Below are positions 10,181-19,675 of a stretch of 32,000 nucleotides of DNA, piece by piece (the first letter of the stretch is position 1; every line of letters starts with the position of its first letter). The DNA is taken from positions 30,001 to 62,000 of the forward strand of contig ACYB01000005.1 of the NCBI GenBank assembly GCA_000175855.1, written 5' to 3'. Position numbers and translations under genes: made by a program. Under the pieces are notes generated by a model that saw only the letters and a list, made by a program, of their open reading frames with translations, searched no databases and was not told the DNA's origin. This DNA comes from Raphidiopsis brookii D9. Its GTDB lineage: Bacteria; Cyanobacteriota; Cyanobacteriia; Cyanobacteriales; Nostocaceae.

Positions 10181-10803
10181 AGAGAGTAAAAAGAGGTTTT
10201 ATTATTGGTTACTTCCGTGGTCATTTGTATTAGTGGCACCTGTTTATTGCCAAGATTATGACTTATGGAAGATGAGGTGGATTTATTAATTGAGATTTGT
10301 TGAGTAAAATCAATATCTGCTCTAAAAACTCGTATGGACAAAAGATAACTCTCATTTTTGGAACTTGTGGCAATTGTACCCGCTTGAATATAAAACAAAT
10401 TATTGGAATTATTTTGGCATCCCGTAAAACTAATTATGCCATTTTGGTTATAACAATATAAGCCATTTGCTGATGTTGGTGCTGGCATTTGCGAGCTGGT
10501 AATCAAATAATCTTGGGGACTGGTAGAAATATTCCTGGGAGCTTGTTGACTAGGAGTAATTTCAGATATTACTTGTGGCGTGACAATGGAACCCATTTTC
10601 ACCCCATTAACAAATGATGTTACTGCTTGAGCAGCCATTTCCACGCGCCGTGCTTGCATACGGATGGCTGTGGACATAATCCATATTGGAGTGATTACCA
10701 TTAATAATAAAGATACAGTGGAAATGGCCACTAGTGATTCTAAAACAGTAAAACCATCATATTCTGAATAACAGGGTAAATATTTTTTGAGATGACTTAG
10801 CAT
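10120..10803 (-). CDS. hpsB: Pseudopilin with a prepilin-type N-terminal cleavage/methylation signal (HpsB-like)
   Basis: ...YSEYDG|FTVLESLVAISTVSLLLMV matches the N_methyl consensus (G-F-T-x-L-E plus a hydrophobic helix). It is the second gene after hpsA. Confidence 0.65.
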   Translation of the reverse strand: MLSHLKKYLPCYSEYDGFTVLESLVAISTVSLLLMVITPIWIMSTAIRMQARRVEMAAQAVTSFVNGVKMGSIVTPQVISEITPSQQAPRNISTSPQDYLITSSQMPAPTSANGLYCYNQNGIISFTGCQNNSNNLFYIQAGTIATSSKNESYLLSIRVFRADIDFTQQISINKSTSSSISHNLGNKQVPLIQMTTEVTNNKTSFYSLCQRLGTIAPTTYSSSTLCQ

Positions 10804-10829
10804 ATTTTTAAAAATAATCTAAGAATAAT

Positions 10830-11219
10830 CTAAAAACAATTAAATCGTTGATCTGGATCAACAGCGTAGGTTGCATCACTGGTTTGTTTGGCACATAAAA
10901 GGGTTTGAATCCATTCATCATCTCGACCAACTTGACGAAAATAGTCTTTGGATAACTTTTGTGATTTTATAGGAATTTTTTGGGCAAATAAATCCAGTGG
11001 TTGAGATAAAAGTCCCACATCATAATGCCATTGTCGTCTAGGTGGAAGATGCCCAGAACTTCTACCAAAATTCACGGCAATTTTGTATTGAAAATCCTGG
11101 GGTTGACTGTTAATAGATGTGCTATAGGTTCCCGTGGCATAGTTACTCCTTTTCATTTGAATAAATGCACCATTGATTGTCAGATCTATAGGGGTAGTAT
11201 TAGGGCTCCAATTTTCCAA
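10830..11219 (-). CDS. hpsA: Displaced C-terminal segment of hpsA, in a different frame after a 1-nt indel
   Basis: The ORF has only a TTG start and overlaps the 3' end of the 1341-aa ORF. Its frame stays open upstream to 11246 and reads WGLPNLLRLLENWSPN. It joins the large ORF if one G is added to the G5 run (plus strand C5 at 11241-11245). Confidence 0.55.
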   Translation of the reverse strand: MENWSPNTTPIDLTINGAFIQMKRSNYATGTYSTSINSQPQDFQYKIAVNFGRSSGHLPPRRQWHYDVGLLSQPLDLFAQKIPIKSQKLSKDYFRQVGRDDEWIQTLLCAKQTSDATYAVDPDQRFNCF

Positions 11220-14200
11220 TAAGCGGAGTAAGTTGGGTAACCCCCATTATCTTCCATTGGACGAGCTGGATTGTCTCCCGTAGCAGCAATAAAATTCACA
11301 GTAGTTGGGGTTGCTATCTGTAACCAATGACTATGTGAACCATTGGTAATGCTGTTAGTGTTATGGGGGTCAGTTAGGGTGGCAAAGGGTTGATTAATTT
11401 GTAAAACTGGTTGCCAAAAACCATTGAAATCAGGTGTTAACCAGGGAATGAGAAATCCTTGATTATTTTCATTGACAGCTAATCTTGGTAAGGTGTTACC
11501 TGAAAAAGCAAAAGTTTTAATTATCTGATTATTATCCACTCCATAAACAGTTAGGGGTTGAAGTAATTTACCTGTTGCCAGATTTCTTTTGAAAGCAATT
11601 CTTTTAGGCAAGTTTATGGCTTCCCAACCATTAGATGGTGGATGATTATAACCAAGACTTCCAGTTTTAATGGCAGTTATTGGTAGACCCTCTATATTAC
11701 CTTCTGGTTGTGCATTGTATTCACTTCTAGAAAATCTACTAATTACCCATTGTGTTGGGTCATTGTTACATATATCAGTATTAGACACTAGACAAACCTC
11801 TAACAGAAATTCTCTAGCTGGTATTTGTTTAACTATGGGTGTGACAAAGTTGTGAAAATAGGAACTACCTTGTGTACCGTTAGTTGTGGGATCCAGATCG
11901 ATATTTGGTATACCATTGATATCATAATTTCGGGTTACTGTGGGAGCATAAGTGTTATATTCAAAGTTGGGAGGACGATTATTTAGGGATGCAGTATGGC
12001 CAATATAATTATTCCAATCATAGTCTCCTTCATTGCGAAACCCAAATCTAAAGTTCTGAGAAAGTAAGGTAATGGAATCTGCTAATATGGCAGCATTTCG
12101 CCACTCATCACCTACAGTACAAATAGATGGTCCAGAATCACTAGGAATTAGTTTAGGATCGCCAGGACGACAAGCAAATTGACGGTTTACCTGACTACGA
12201 TTGTAAAAATTACTCCAATCAGCTGCTAAGGTACTGGTAAATTCTTCTTGGGTATGTCTATTGAAATCACCTTTAATATAAACCGGTAAGTTAGAAGCTA
12301 AAATCAAACCCTTTTCCTGTCTTATAAATGTATTACTTGATCCACGGAAAAGTTTAGTTGGTGAACCATCACTAGTGGTAATTAGAATCCCATTAGGACG
12401 ACGAGTAGGATCAAGTTTATAATCCAGAGAACTTTCTGATTTAGCAGATATTCCTCCACTGCTATCTGGTAGAGCATCATCCCGAGTCGCATAAATAATT
12501 CCACTATTGGGTAATAAATACTCATCGGTTGATATTCTGGTTGTGCGTAGCTGATTTAAGTCTATGACTGTAGCACGAATTTCTAACGGTTGTCTATCTC
12601 TCAGAGGTAAATCGTAGGGTAAATTACTATCCATTTGTACCCGGTTTGAGGTTTGATTAGCTCTGATTTCTCTGGAATCTAAAAAAGCTATTTCCTTAAT
12701 TGCACCATGGGGAATGGGAGGGTTACTCAGAGGACTTATACTACCATCCATAATTTGTAAAGCACATAAGGCAGTATCTATGGCAGACTTTTCTGATAAG
12801 GAATAGTTGTTTTTTGCTAAAGCATTTCTCAAAGGTTCATTTACCCAACGTCCATTAGGATATTGCAACTCGGCTTGATATCTGAGTAAATTTGCATAAG
12901 CATTAACATTTCTAGTGGGAGGTGGATAAACAATACCATTGTTTGATAATCCCTGGGGAGATTTTTCTATTCCTCCTGCATTGGGTAAGCTCATCATATT
13001 TGTTGCTGTGCTGCTATTTGTAGGAAGATAAAAACTACTAATGCAAGCTATGGGGGTGGGGTTAGTCTGGTTATAGTTAGTAGATTTATAGTGGTAAACC
13101 ACCGTAGCTCGCATTTTTAAATAGGGGGTTGTAATGTCTGTTTCAGAAAGTTTAGGTAGGGTAAATTTTAAGGATGAATCATACATCCAGTAGGGATCAA
13201 TGGTTGTATTTGGGTATTCTTGAGATGTTTGTGGTATGGGTAAGATATCGGACCAAATTTTTGTTGAAACATCTACAAAGTTCGTGCTAGAAGCAGTATG
13301 ATTTCTGGGTAAATATATTCCAGAACCAGTAACCACACGCAAACCACCAATGAAATTTTCCTGTTGTGGATTTTGGGGTACTTGTGCTGCTGCATATTCC
13401 CAATCTCCATCCCTTTCTATTGCAGCTAAATCAGCTAAGTTATGCAGGGTGGTATAACGAGTTCTTGGTTGATTACTTAGATCCCAATTAATATCTTTGA
13501 GGTTTTGAGTGTGGTTAATATCGGTGGTAAAAAAGCGATTTTGTGGATAGTTCCACCACATTTGGGGTAGATTGTGACCAACTATAACCCGGTCTCCTAA
13601 ATACTGCTCTACTCCCCCTAGTTGTTTTTGCAGTTGCTCCATGGGTTCTGTTGCACTAGGTTTGAGTAAATTACCACCAATATTCCCACTAATATTTAAT
13701 GATAATTCACTATGATTAGTTCCTGTAATTCCATCACTAGCAAATGGATAAATCCATCGATCTATGGGACGCAGGGTATCACCAGTACCTTGTAAGGGAT
13801 TATGGATCTTATTTACATCGCTCTGTTCACTGCCAAAAGGTACTTCTTGAAAAGGCACACGGCGGGTGCGTTTTTGAAAATAGAGTTCTAATTCTTTACG
13901 GCGAATTTGGTCATACTGATCGTTTGTATATGCTGTTCCTAATTGCCTTTGTTTTTTGGTGATTCCCTGTTTTACTTCTTGGGGGTCGGTGGTCAAAGAA
14001 TTGGCTAGTTGGGTATCTACTAACTTATTAATTCTTTTTACATAAGCCAGACTGTTATAGGCTATGCTTCGTGGTGAATTAGTAACTGATTTATGGTCTC
14101 TAATTCTGGGGTTGTATCCCGCAACTGTTTCTGGATTTATGCCTTTATCCTTAAATAAATCTATGGTGGTTGCTATGGATAAATCTGTATTATCTGTAAA

Positions 14201-15211
14201 TCCACCCGCTGCTAAATTCCCACCTACGATAATTTTGGAGTTTTCTGGTTCGTAAAAGCAAGAACTCTGACTACTAATTTGATAGAGTCTAATTGAGCGG
14301 GAAGCTGAACCAGTTAACAAGTTACTATTGGTAAAAATTCTGCCATTAATTCTGAAGTCTTCATTGCCAGTAATTTGTAAGTCATCTTCATAAACAATGG
14401 CGTTGTTACTAGATGGAAGTTGGATTCTCTCTTGCTTATATTCTAGAGCATAAAATGCTTTATTTTCTGAGGATATTTCATAGTTAATTTGATTTTGTGT
14501 GGGTATGGTCATCTGGCTAGTAATGGGAACTGTAACAGTATAAACAAAAAAGGCTTTTCTCATTTGTCTACCGATTATTAACCACCCGTTTGTATCTACT
14601 AAATTACCACTTATTGAATTGAAATCCTGACATCGAGAATTAAAATCGATTGGATTTATAGGTAAAGATCTAGCTTCTAAAGTGTTTCTAGCTCGTATGT
14701 ATTGCTGATTGCTTTGAGGAGGATTTTTAAAATAAATGCCATAAAGAGTGTAACTGTCAAATTTACCATTGTTATTAGTGTCTACGGGAAATTTCCAGGC
14801 GGTTTTTAAGGGTTCGTAGTTTTGCAAGTTCAGGGTCAGATTAGTCTCATCACCAAAGGTATATTCGTCTAGGTGATTCACTAGGTTATTATATAAGTCT
14901 TGATCTGAAGGTAAAAATTGGGTAATTCTAGGATCTGCCAACATTTGGTTAATCTTGGCTCTTCCCCTATCTATTGCGGGAGTCGCTGCATTGATTACTG
15001 TTTGATTAATCCTGGTATTATGAGCATGTTTAGCTCTTTCAAAGGAGCGAAATATAATTGCCATTGTTAGTAACATTAGGACCAGGATAACCATGGTTGT
15101 TGTGGGCAATACAAATCCTTGGTTTTTTAAGGTTTGTCTCCTTTGATATTTCAAAATAATTTTTAAAAACCATTTTATAAAGCTTTTTATAGCTCTTGCT
15201 AAAATAGACAC
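11186..15211 (-). CDS. hpsA: HpsA-like giant pilin-like protein (hormogonium polysaccharide locus), apparently frameshifted near its 3' end
   Basis: This 1341-aa ORF is first in a series with three pseudopilin genes. Its N-terminus ...TLKNQG|FVLPTTTMVILVLMLLTMAIIF resembles a pilin signal plus anchor helix. The rest is Asn/Thr/Ser/Pro-rich with no recognisable enzymatic motif. The start is GTG at 15211; an alternative TTG at 15154 would give a 13-aa leader. Confidence 0.7.
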   Translation of the reverse strand: MSILARAIKSFIKWFLKIILKYQRRQTLKNQGFVLPTTTMVILVLMLLTMAIIFRSFERAKHAHNTRINQTVINAATPAIDRGRAKINQMLADPRITQFLPSDQDLYNNLVNHLDEYTFGDETNLTLNLQNYEPLKTAWKFPVDTNNNGKFDSYTLYGIYFKNPPQSNQQYIRARNTLEARSLPINPIDFNSRCQDFNSISGNLVDTNGWLIIGRQMRKAFFVYTVTVPITSQMTIPTQNQINYEISSENKAFYALEYKQERIQLPSSNNAIVYEDDLQITGNEDFRINGRIFTNSNLLTGSASRSIRLYQISSQSSCFYEPENSKIIVGGNLAAGGFTDNTDLSIATTIDLFKDKGINPETVAGYNPRIRDHKSVTNSPRSIAYNSLAYVKRINKLVDTQLANSLTTDPQEVKQGITKKQRQLGTAYTNDQYDQIRRKELELYFQKRTRRVPFQEVPFGSEQSDVNKIHNPLQGTGDTLRPIDRWIYPFASDGITGTNHSELSLNISGNIGGNLLKPSATEPMEQLQKQLGGVEQYLGDRVIVGHNLPQMWWNYPQNRFFTTDINHTQNLKDINWDLSNQPRTRYTTLHNLADLAAIERDGDWEYAAAQVPQNPQQENFIGGLRVVTGSGIYLPRNHTASSTNFVDVSTKIWSDILPIPQTSQEYPNTTIDPYWMYDSSLKFTLPKLSETDITTPYLKMRATVVYHYKSTNYNQTNPTPIACISSFYLPTNSSTATNMMSLPNAGGIEKSPQGLSNNGIVYPPPTRNVNAYANLLRYQAELQYPNGRWVNEPLRNALAKNNYSLSEKSAIDTALCALQIMDGSISPLSNPPIPHGAIKEIAFLDSREIRANQTSNRVQMDSNLPYDLPLRDRQPLEIRATVIDLNQLRTTRISTDEYLLPNSGIIYATRDDALPDSSGGISAKSESSLDYKLDPTRRPNGILITTSDGSPTKLFRGSSNTFIRQEKGLILASNLPVYIKGDFNRHTQEEFTSTLAADWSNFYNRSQVNRQFACRPGDPKLIPSDSGPSICTVGDEWRNAAILADSITLLSQNFRFGFRNEGDYDWNNYIGHTASLNNRPPNFEYNTYAPTVTRNYDINGIPNIDLDPTTNGTQGSSYFHNFVTPIVKQIPAREFLLEVCLVSNTDICNNDPTQWVISRFSRSEYNAQPEGNIEGLPITAIKTGSLGYNHPPSNGWEAINLPKRIAFKRNLATGKLLQPLTVYGVDNNQIIKTFAFSGNTLPRLAVNENNQGFLIPWLTPDFNGFWQPVLQINQPFATLTDPHNTNSITNGSHSHWLQIATPTTVNFIAATGDNPARPMEDNGGYPTYSAYWKIGALILPL

Positions 15212-15510
15212 AACTTGAGCGATCGCCTTAGCAGATTTTTTTAGTGATGATCCGGTAAGAATGACACTTTTTAGCCATAACTATGAGTCCCCCTCCATAA
15301 GCCCATGACTTTTGAGTAATTGGGTTAGTTGGATAAACTTAATATATCCAACATATCTAATATAGATTGTTATCTCTTGGCGGGGATTTTATGTACAGTA
15401 TTTACACTGTTTTTTAAAAAAAAGGACTGAATATTGAAAATTGGGAATTCACTGAAGGAATCTTGGGTATGATAGATTTTTGTCAGCAATCCCCTAATTA
15501 AAATCCCCTA

Positions 15511-18045
15511 ATGAAAAACCATAAGATCAAAAACATCAAACTCCCCGAACTCCTAGCACCTGCGGGTAACTGGGAATGTGCAAAAGCAGCAGTAGAAAAT
15601 GGTGCGGATGCAATTTATTTTGGTTTAGACAAATTTAACGCCAGAATGCGATCGCACAATTTTACTATTAGTGACTTACCGGAATTAATAGAATTTTTAC
15701 ACTTACGGGGAGTGAAGGGATACGTTACCTTAAACACCCTAGTTTTCACTTCAGAACTCCAGGAAGTGGAGCAATACCTCAAAACCATGATTACCGCTGG
15801 TGTGGATGCTGTGATTGTTCAGGATGTGGGTATTTGTCGTCTGATTCGTCATCTTTCTAGTGATTTTCCTATTCATGGGTCAACCCAAATGACTATTACC
15901 AGTGCTGCTGGGGTGGATTTTGCTAAATCTCTGGGATGTCAATTAGTTGTTTTAGCGCGAGAGTGTTCAATTAGTGAGATTAATAAAATTCAACAACAAA
16001 TATTAGAGAAAAACATCCCCTTACCTTTAGAGATATTTGTACATGGTGCATTGTGTGTTGCTTATTCTGGACAATGTTTAACCAGTGAAGCGTTGGGGGG
16101 ACGCTCCGCAAACAGAGGAGAATGTGCTCAAGCTTGTAGAATGCCTTATGATTTAATAGCAGATGAGAAAATTGTTGACCTAGGTAATCGCAAATATTTA
16201 CTCAGTCCTCAGGATCTTTCTGGAATAGAGGTATTACCGGAGCTAGTAAACTGTGGAGTAACATGTTTAAAAATTGAAGGTAGATTAAAAACACCTGAAT
16301 ACGTTGCTAACGTTACTCAGGTTTATCGACAAGCATTAGATAAAATTGCCAAATTATGTGATATTCATGTAACTGCTACATCTCAATATATTACAGATAA
16401 CCACGATTATAAAAGTTATAACAAGTATCCCTTAGAGATGGCTTTTTCCCGTGGACTTTATACGGGATGGTTGAAAGGTATTAATAATCAAGAATTGGTA
16501 CATGCAAATTTTGGCAAAAAACGCGGGGTTTATGTGGGAGAGGTAACGCGCATTAAAAATGAACAAATAACTTTAAAAATAGTTGCACCTATTAAAGCTG
16601 GTGATGGAGTGGTATTTGACTGTGCACATCCGGAATTACCAGAAGAAGGAGGGAGGGTATACACAGTCACACAAAAAGGAAAAAAAGAAGTAGTGTTAAC
16701 TTTTGGTAGGGATGCTATCAATCCCAGCAAGATTCATATAGGTGATAAGATTTGGAAAACCAGTGACCCAGAATTAGATAAAGCAATTCGTCAAACCTAC
16801 ACAGGAGAAAATGCCAATTTTACCCAACCAATTCATCTAGAATTATTTGGGGAAACAGGAGAAAAATTAATAGCTATAGTTGGGGATGAAATTGGTAATA
16901 TTGTCAAAGTAGAATCAGAAATGCTGCTAGTTGAGGCTCATACTAAACCCTTAACTACAGAAAAATTGCAAGAACAATTTGGACGTTTGGGGAATACACC
17001 ATTTCATTTAGGAACTTTGAAAAACAAAATTATGGGTAATGCGATTTTACCGGTTAGTCAGTTGAATAAAATGCGTCGAGAACTGGTGACAAGATTGCAA
17101 ATTCTTAGAAGTAAACCCCAAGTTTGGCAGATAAATCATGATCATCAATGGCAAGATATGCTCAAGATTGTCACAGATGATAAGAGTGTAACTAATTCAG
17201 GTGTTTCTTTGATAATACTAGTCAGGAGCATGAAACAACTCATGGCTGTGTTAGATTCAAATATTGAAACAATATATTGTGAATTTGAAGATCCTCGTAA
17301 ATATCAAGCCGCAGTAAAACTCTGTAGGGATACCCAAAAATCTTTTAACCTATATATTGCACCTCCTCGCATTACTAAACCAGGTGAAAATTGGATTTTG
17401 AAACAGCTAAAAGATTGTCAAGTAGATGGTTACTTAGTTAGGAACTATGACCACTTAGAATATTTTAGTGGTGCAAAGTGTATTGGTGATTTTTCTCTAA
17501 ATATTGCTAATCCCTTAACTGCGGACTATTTTCAAAAACAGTTTAACCTGGAACGATTAACTGCTTCCTATGACTTGAATATTAATCAACTCATGGATTT
17601 AATTACCAGTTATACGCCAAGATTTTTAGAGGTAACCATACATCAACATATCCCCATGTTCCATATGGAACACTGTGTATTTTGTGCCTTTCTCTCCCAG
17701 GGAACAGATTACACAAATTGTGGTCGTCCCTGTGAAAAACAAGAACTAAAAATTCGTGATAGAGTAGGTAGCGAGCATATAGTCAAAGCAGATACGGGAT
17801 GCAGAAATACTGTATATAATGGCACTGCACAAACTGGAGCAGAATATATACAAAAACTAATTAGTGTGGGGTTGAAAAATTTCAGAATTGAATTTCTCCA
17901 GGAAACACCAGAACAGGTAACCCAAACCATCAATTATTATCAACAACTGATTCAAGGGGAAATCACCGGTTCACAACTTTGGAAAACCTTAAAATTACAA
18001 AGTCAACTTGGTGTAACTCGTGGTGCATTAACCAATCACTATTGA
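15511..18045 (+). CDS. Long-form U32-family peptidase-like protein (U32 domain, DUF3656-like middle, second U32-like half)
   Basis: The N-terminus is LLAPAGNWECAKAAVENGADAIYFG. The U32 signature is EIFVHGALCVAYSGQCLTSEALGGRSANRGECAQACRMPY. A second Cys cluster, HMEHCVFCAFLSQGTDYTNCGRPC, lies in the C-terminal half. Confidence 0.85.
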   Translation: MKNHKIKNIKLPELLAPAGNWECAKAAVENGADAIYFGLDKFNARMRSHNFTISDLPELIEFLHLRGVKGYVTLNTLVFTSELQEVEQYLKTMITAGVDAVIVQDVGICRLIRHLSSDFPIHGSTQMTITSAAGVDFAKSLGCQLVVLARECSISEINKIQQQILEKNIPLPLEIFVHGALCVAYSGQCLTSEALGGRSANRGECAQACRMPYDLIADEKIVDLGNRKYLLSPQDLSGIEVLPELVNCGVTCLKIEGRLKTPEYVANVTQVYRQALDKIAKLCDIHVTATSQYITDNHDYKSYNKYPLEMAFSRGLYTGWLKGINNQELVHANFGKKRGVYVGEVTRIKNEQITLKIVAPIKAGDGVVFDCAHPELPEEGGRVYTVTQKGKKEVVLTFGRDAINPSKIHIGDKIWKTSDPELDKAIRQTYTGENANFTQPIHLELFGETGEKLIAIVGDEIGNIVKVESEMLLVEAHTKPLTTEKLQEQFGRLGNTPFHLGTLKNKIMGNAILPVSQLNKMRRELVTRLQILRSKPQVWQINHDHQWQDMLKIVTDDKSVTNSGVSLIILVRSMKQLMAVLDSNIETIYCEFEDPRKYQAAVKLCRDTQKSFNLYIAPPRITKPGENWILKQLKDCQVDGYLVRNYDHLEYFSGAKCIGDFSLNIANPLTADYFQKQFNLERLTASYDLNINQLMDLITSYTPRFLEVTIHQHIPMFHMEHCVFCAFLSQGTDYTNCGRPCEKQELKIRDRVGSEHIVKADTGCRNTVYNGTAQTGAEYIQKLISVGLKNFRIEFLQETPEQVTQTINYYQQLIQGEITGSQLWKTLKLQSQLGVTRGALTNHY

Positions 18046-18053
18046 ATTGAGTA

Positions 18054-19502
18054 TCAATAACCGAAAATACTGCCACTGCGTGGAGGAATATTGACCTCAA
18101 TATTCTTCTCGCTCCAGAATACTTCCCCCTTACCATACAGCAACTTGCTTAATTTATTTGCCAACTTACTACTATCTATACTAGCTTTAACTGATTCCTC
18201 ACCTATATTGACAGCAATCATTAACTCCTGATTTTCCCAAGTTCTAACAAACACATATAATGTGGTGTCCGCATAAATAACTTGATAATCTCCTATCCTT
18301 AAAGCTGGATATTGATGACGCAAGGAAATTAACTGTTTATGAGTTTTCAGGATTTCTAAGTTCCATTTATCAATTATAGGAAACCCTCGACGACAATCGG
18401 GGTCTAACCCACCAGGTAAGCCAACTTCGTCTCCATAATATATACTGGGCGATCCAGGAAATGTCAATAGTAATAGGGTTGCCAATTCAACAGATGTAAT
18501 ATCACCACCAGCAATAGAAATTAATCTGGCTGTATCATGACTTGCCAGTAAATTTAGTTGGGTTAGTTGAATTTCCCATGGGTACAGCTTTAATAGTTCC
18601 TGCATTTTCTCAGCATACTCAGCTGCAGATAAAGGTGGAAAAGCTTCATAATCACGTCTTTTTACCATTTCTAATTGCACGCGATCGCCTGCAGTAAAAG
18701 CAATAGTAGGACCAGTAAATAGATAATTCATTACGCCATCAAATTGGGTTCCATCTAACCACTGACGGGAATCTTTCCACACCTCTCCCACAATATAGGC
18801 ATTGGGATTAATGGCTTTCACCCGTTCTCGGAATTCTTGCCAAAACCCAGGAGTTTCAATTTCATTAGGTACATCTAAACGCCATCCATCAATGCCAAAT
18901 TTTATCCAATATTCGGCAATTTGCATAATATATTCCCGCACATCTGGATGATCATGATTAAATACTGGTAAAGAACGAATATCTGCCCAACTTTCATAAT
19001 TTGCTGGTGCATCACCTGTATAGGGTGCAAGTGGCCAACCTTGGATCTTAAACCAGTCTACCCAGGGAGAATGGGGTCCATTCTCTAATATATCATGGAA
19101 GAAGAAAATCCCTCGACTTGCATGATTAAAAACTCCATCTAACACAATCTTGATATTGCGTTTATGCGCCTCGTTTAACAACTCTCTAAAAGCTCCATTT
19201 CCCCCTAATAACGGATCCACTTGATAGTAGTCATGGGTATGATAACGGTGATTACTTGCAGACTGAAAAATAGGAGTAAAGTAAATAGCATTAACTCCCA
19301 AGTTTTCTATATGGTCTAATTTTTCTAAAACACCCCACAAATCTCCACCTTTATAACCTTGTAAAGTGGGGGGAGCATCCCAATCTTCCCATTGGGGATT
19401 ACTTAATAAACTAGGTTTAAATTGTTTACCTTTAGCAAATCTGTCAGGGAAGATCTGATAGAAAATGGCGTGCTTGACCCAGTCCGGTGTGTGAATCTGC
19501 AT
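18054..19502 (-). CDS. Glycoside hydrolase family 13 (alpha-amylase superfamily; neopullulanase/cyclomaltodextrinase-like)
   Basis: The GH13 conserved regions are present: FYQIFPDRF, VLDGVFNHAS, DGWRLDVPNE, VGEVW, LLASHDT. Confidence 0.85.
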   Translation of the reverse strand: MQIHTPDWVKHAIFYQIFPDRFAKGKQFKPSLLSNPQWEDWDAPPTLQGYKGGDLWGVLEKLDHIENLGVNAIYFTPIFQSASNHRYHTHDYYQVDPLLGGNGAFRELLNEAHKRNIKIVLDGVFNHASRGIFFFHDILENGPHSPWVDWFKIQGWPLAPYTGDAPANYESWADIRSLPVFNHDHPDVREYIMQIAEYWIKFGIDGWRLDVPNEIETPGFWQEFRERVKAINPNAYIVGEVWKDSRQWLDGTQFDGVMNYLFTGPTIAFTAGDRVQLEMVKRRDYEAFPPLSAAEYAEKMQELLKLYPWEIQLTQLNLLASHDTARLISIAGGDITSVELATLLLLTFPGSPSIYYGDEVGLPGGLDPDCRRGFPIIDKWNLEILKTHKQLISLRHQYPALRIGDYQVIYADTTLYVFVRTWENQELMIAVNIGEESVKASIDSSKLANKLSKLLYGKGEVFWSEKNIEVNIPPRSGSIFGY

Positions 19503-19675
19503 AAATCTAGGTAAAAAGTGAAGATTTTTGCCAGCATAACATATAACTTTAGACTGTTGCTCTTATGTTATTTTTTATATTATCTTTAAGTGCAAAATTT
19601 TACAATGCCTATACATATAGCTTAGAAATAAATTAATGCATAAAAGTAAATAAAACTGAATTGAGGATAGTAAAA

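Noticed and set aside
15443-15453. GGGAATTCACT in the hpsA/U32 divergent intergenic region, which resembles the SigJ-dependent 'J-box' (recalled as GGGaAtacT) of hormogonium promoters
   Set aside because: The match is imperfect. It is on the plus strand, so it faces the U32 gene and not hpsA. My recollection of the consensus is not exact. The minus-strand near-match GTAAATACT (complement of about 15408-15416) is also weak.
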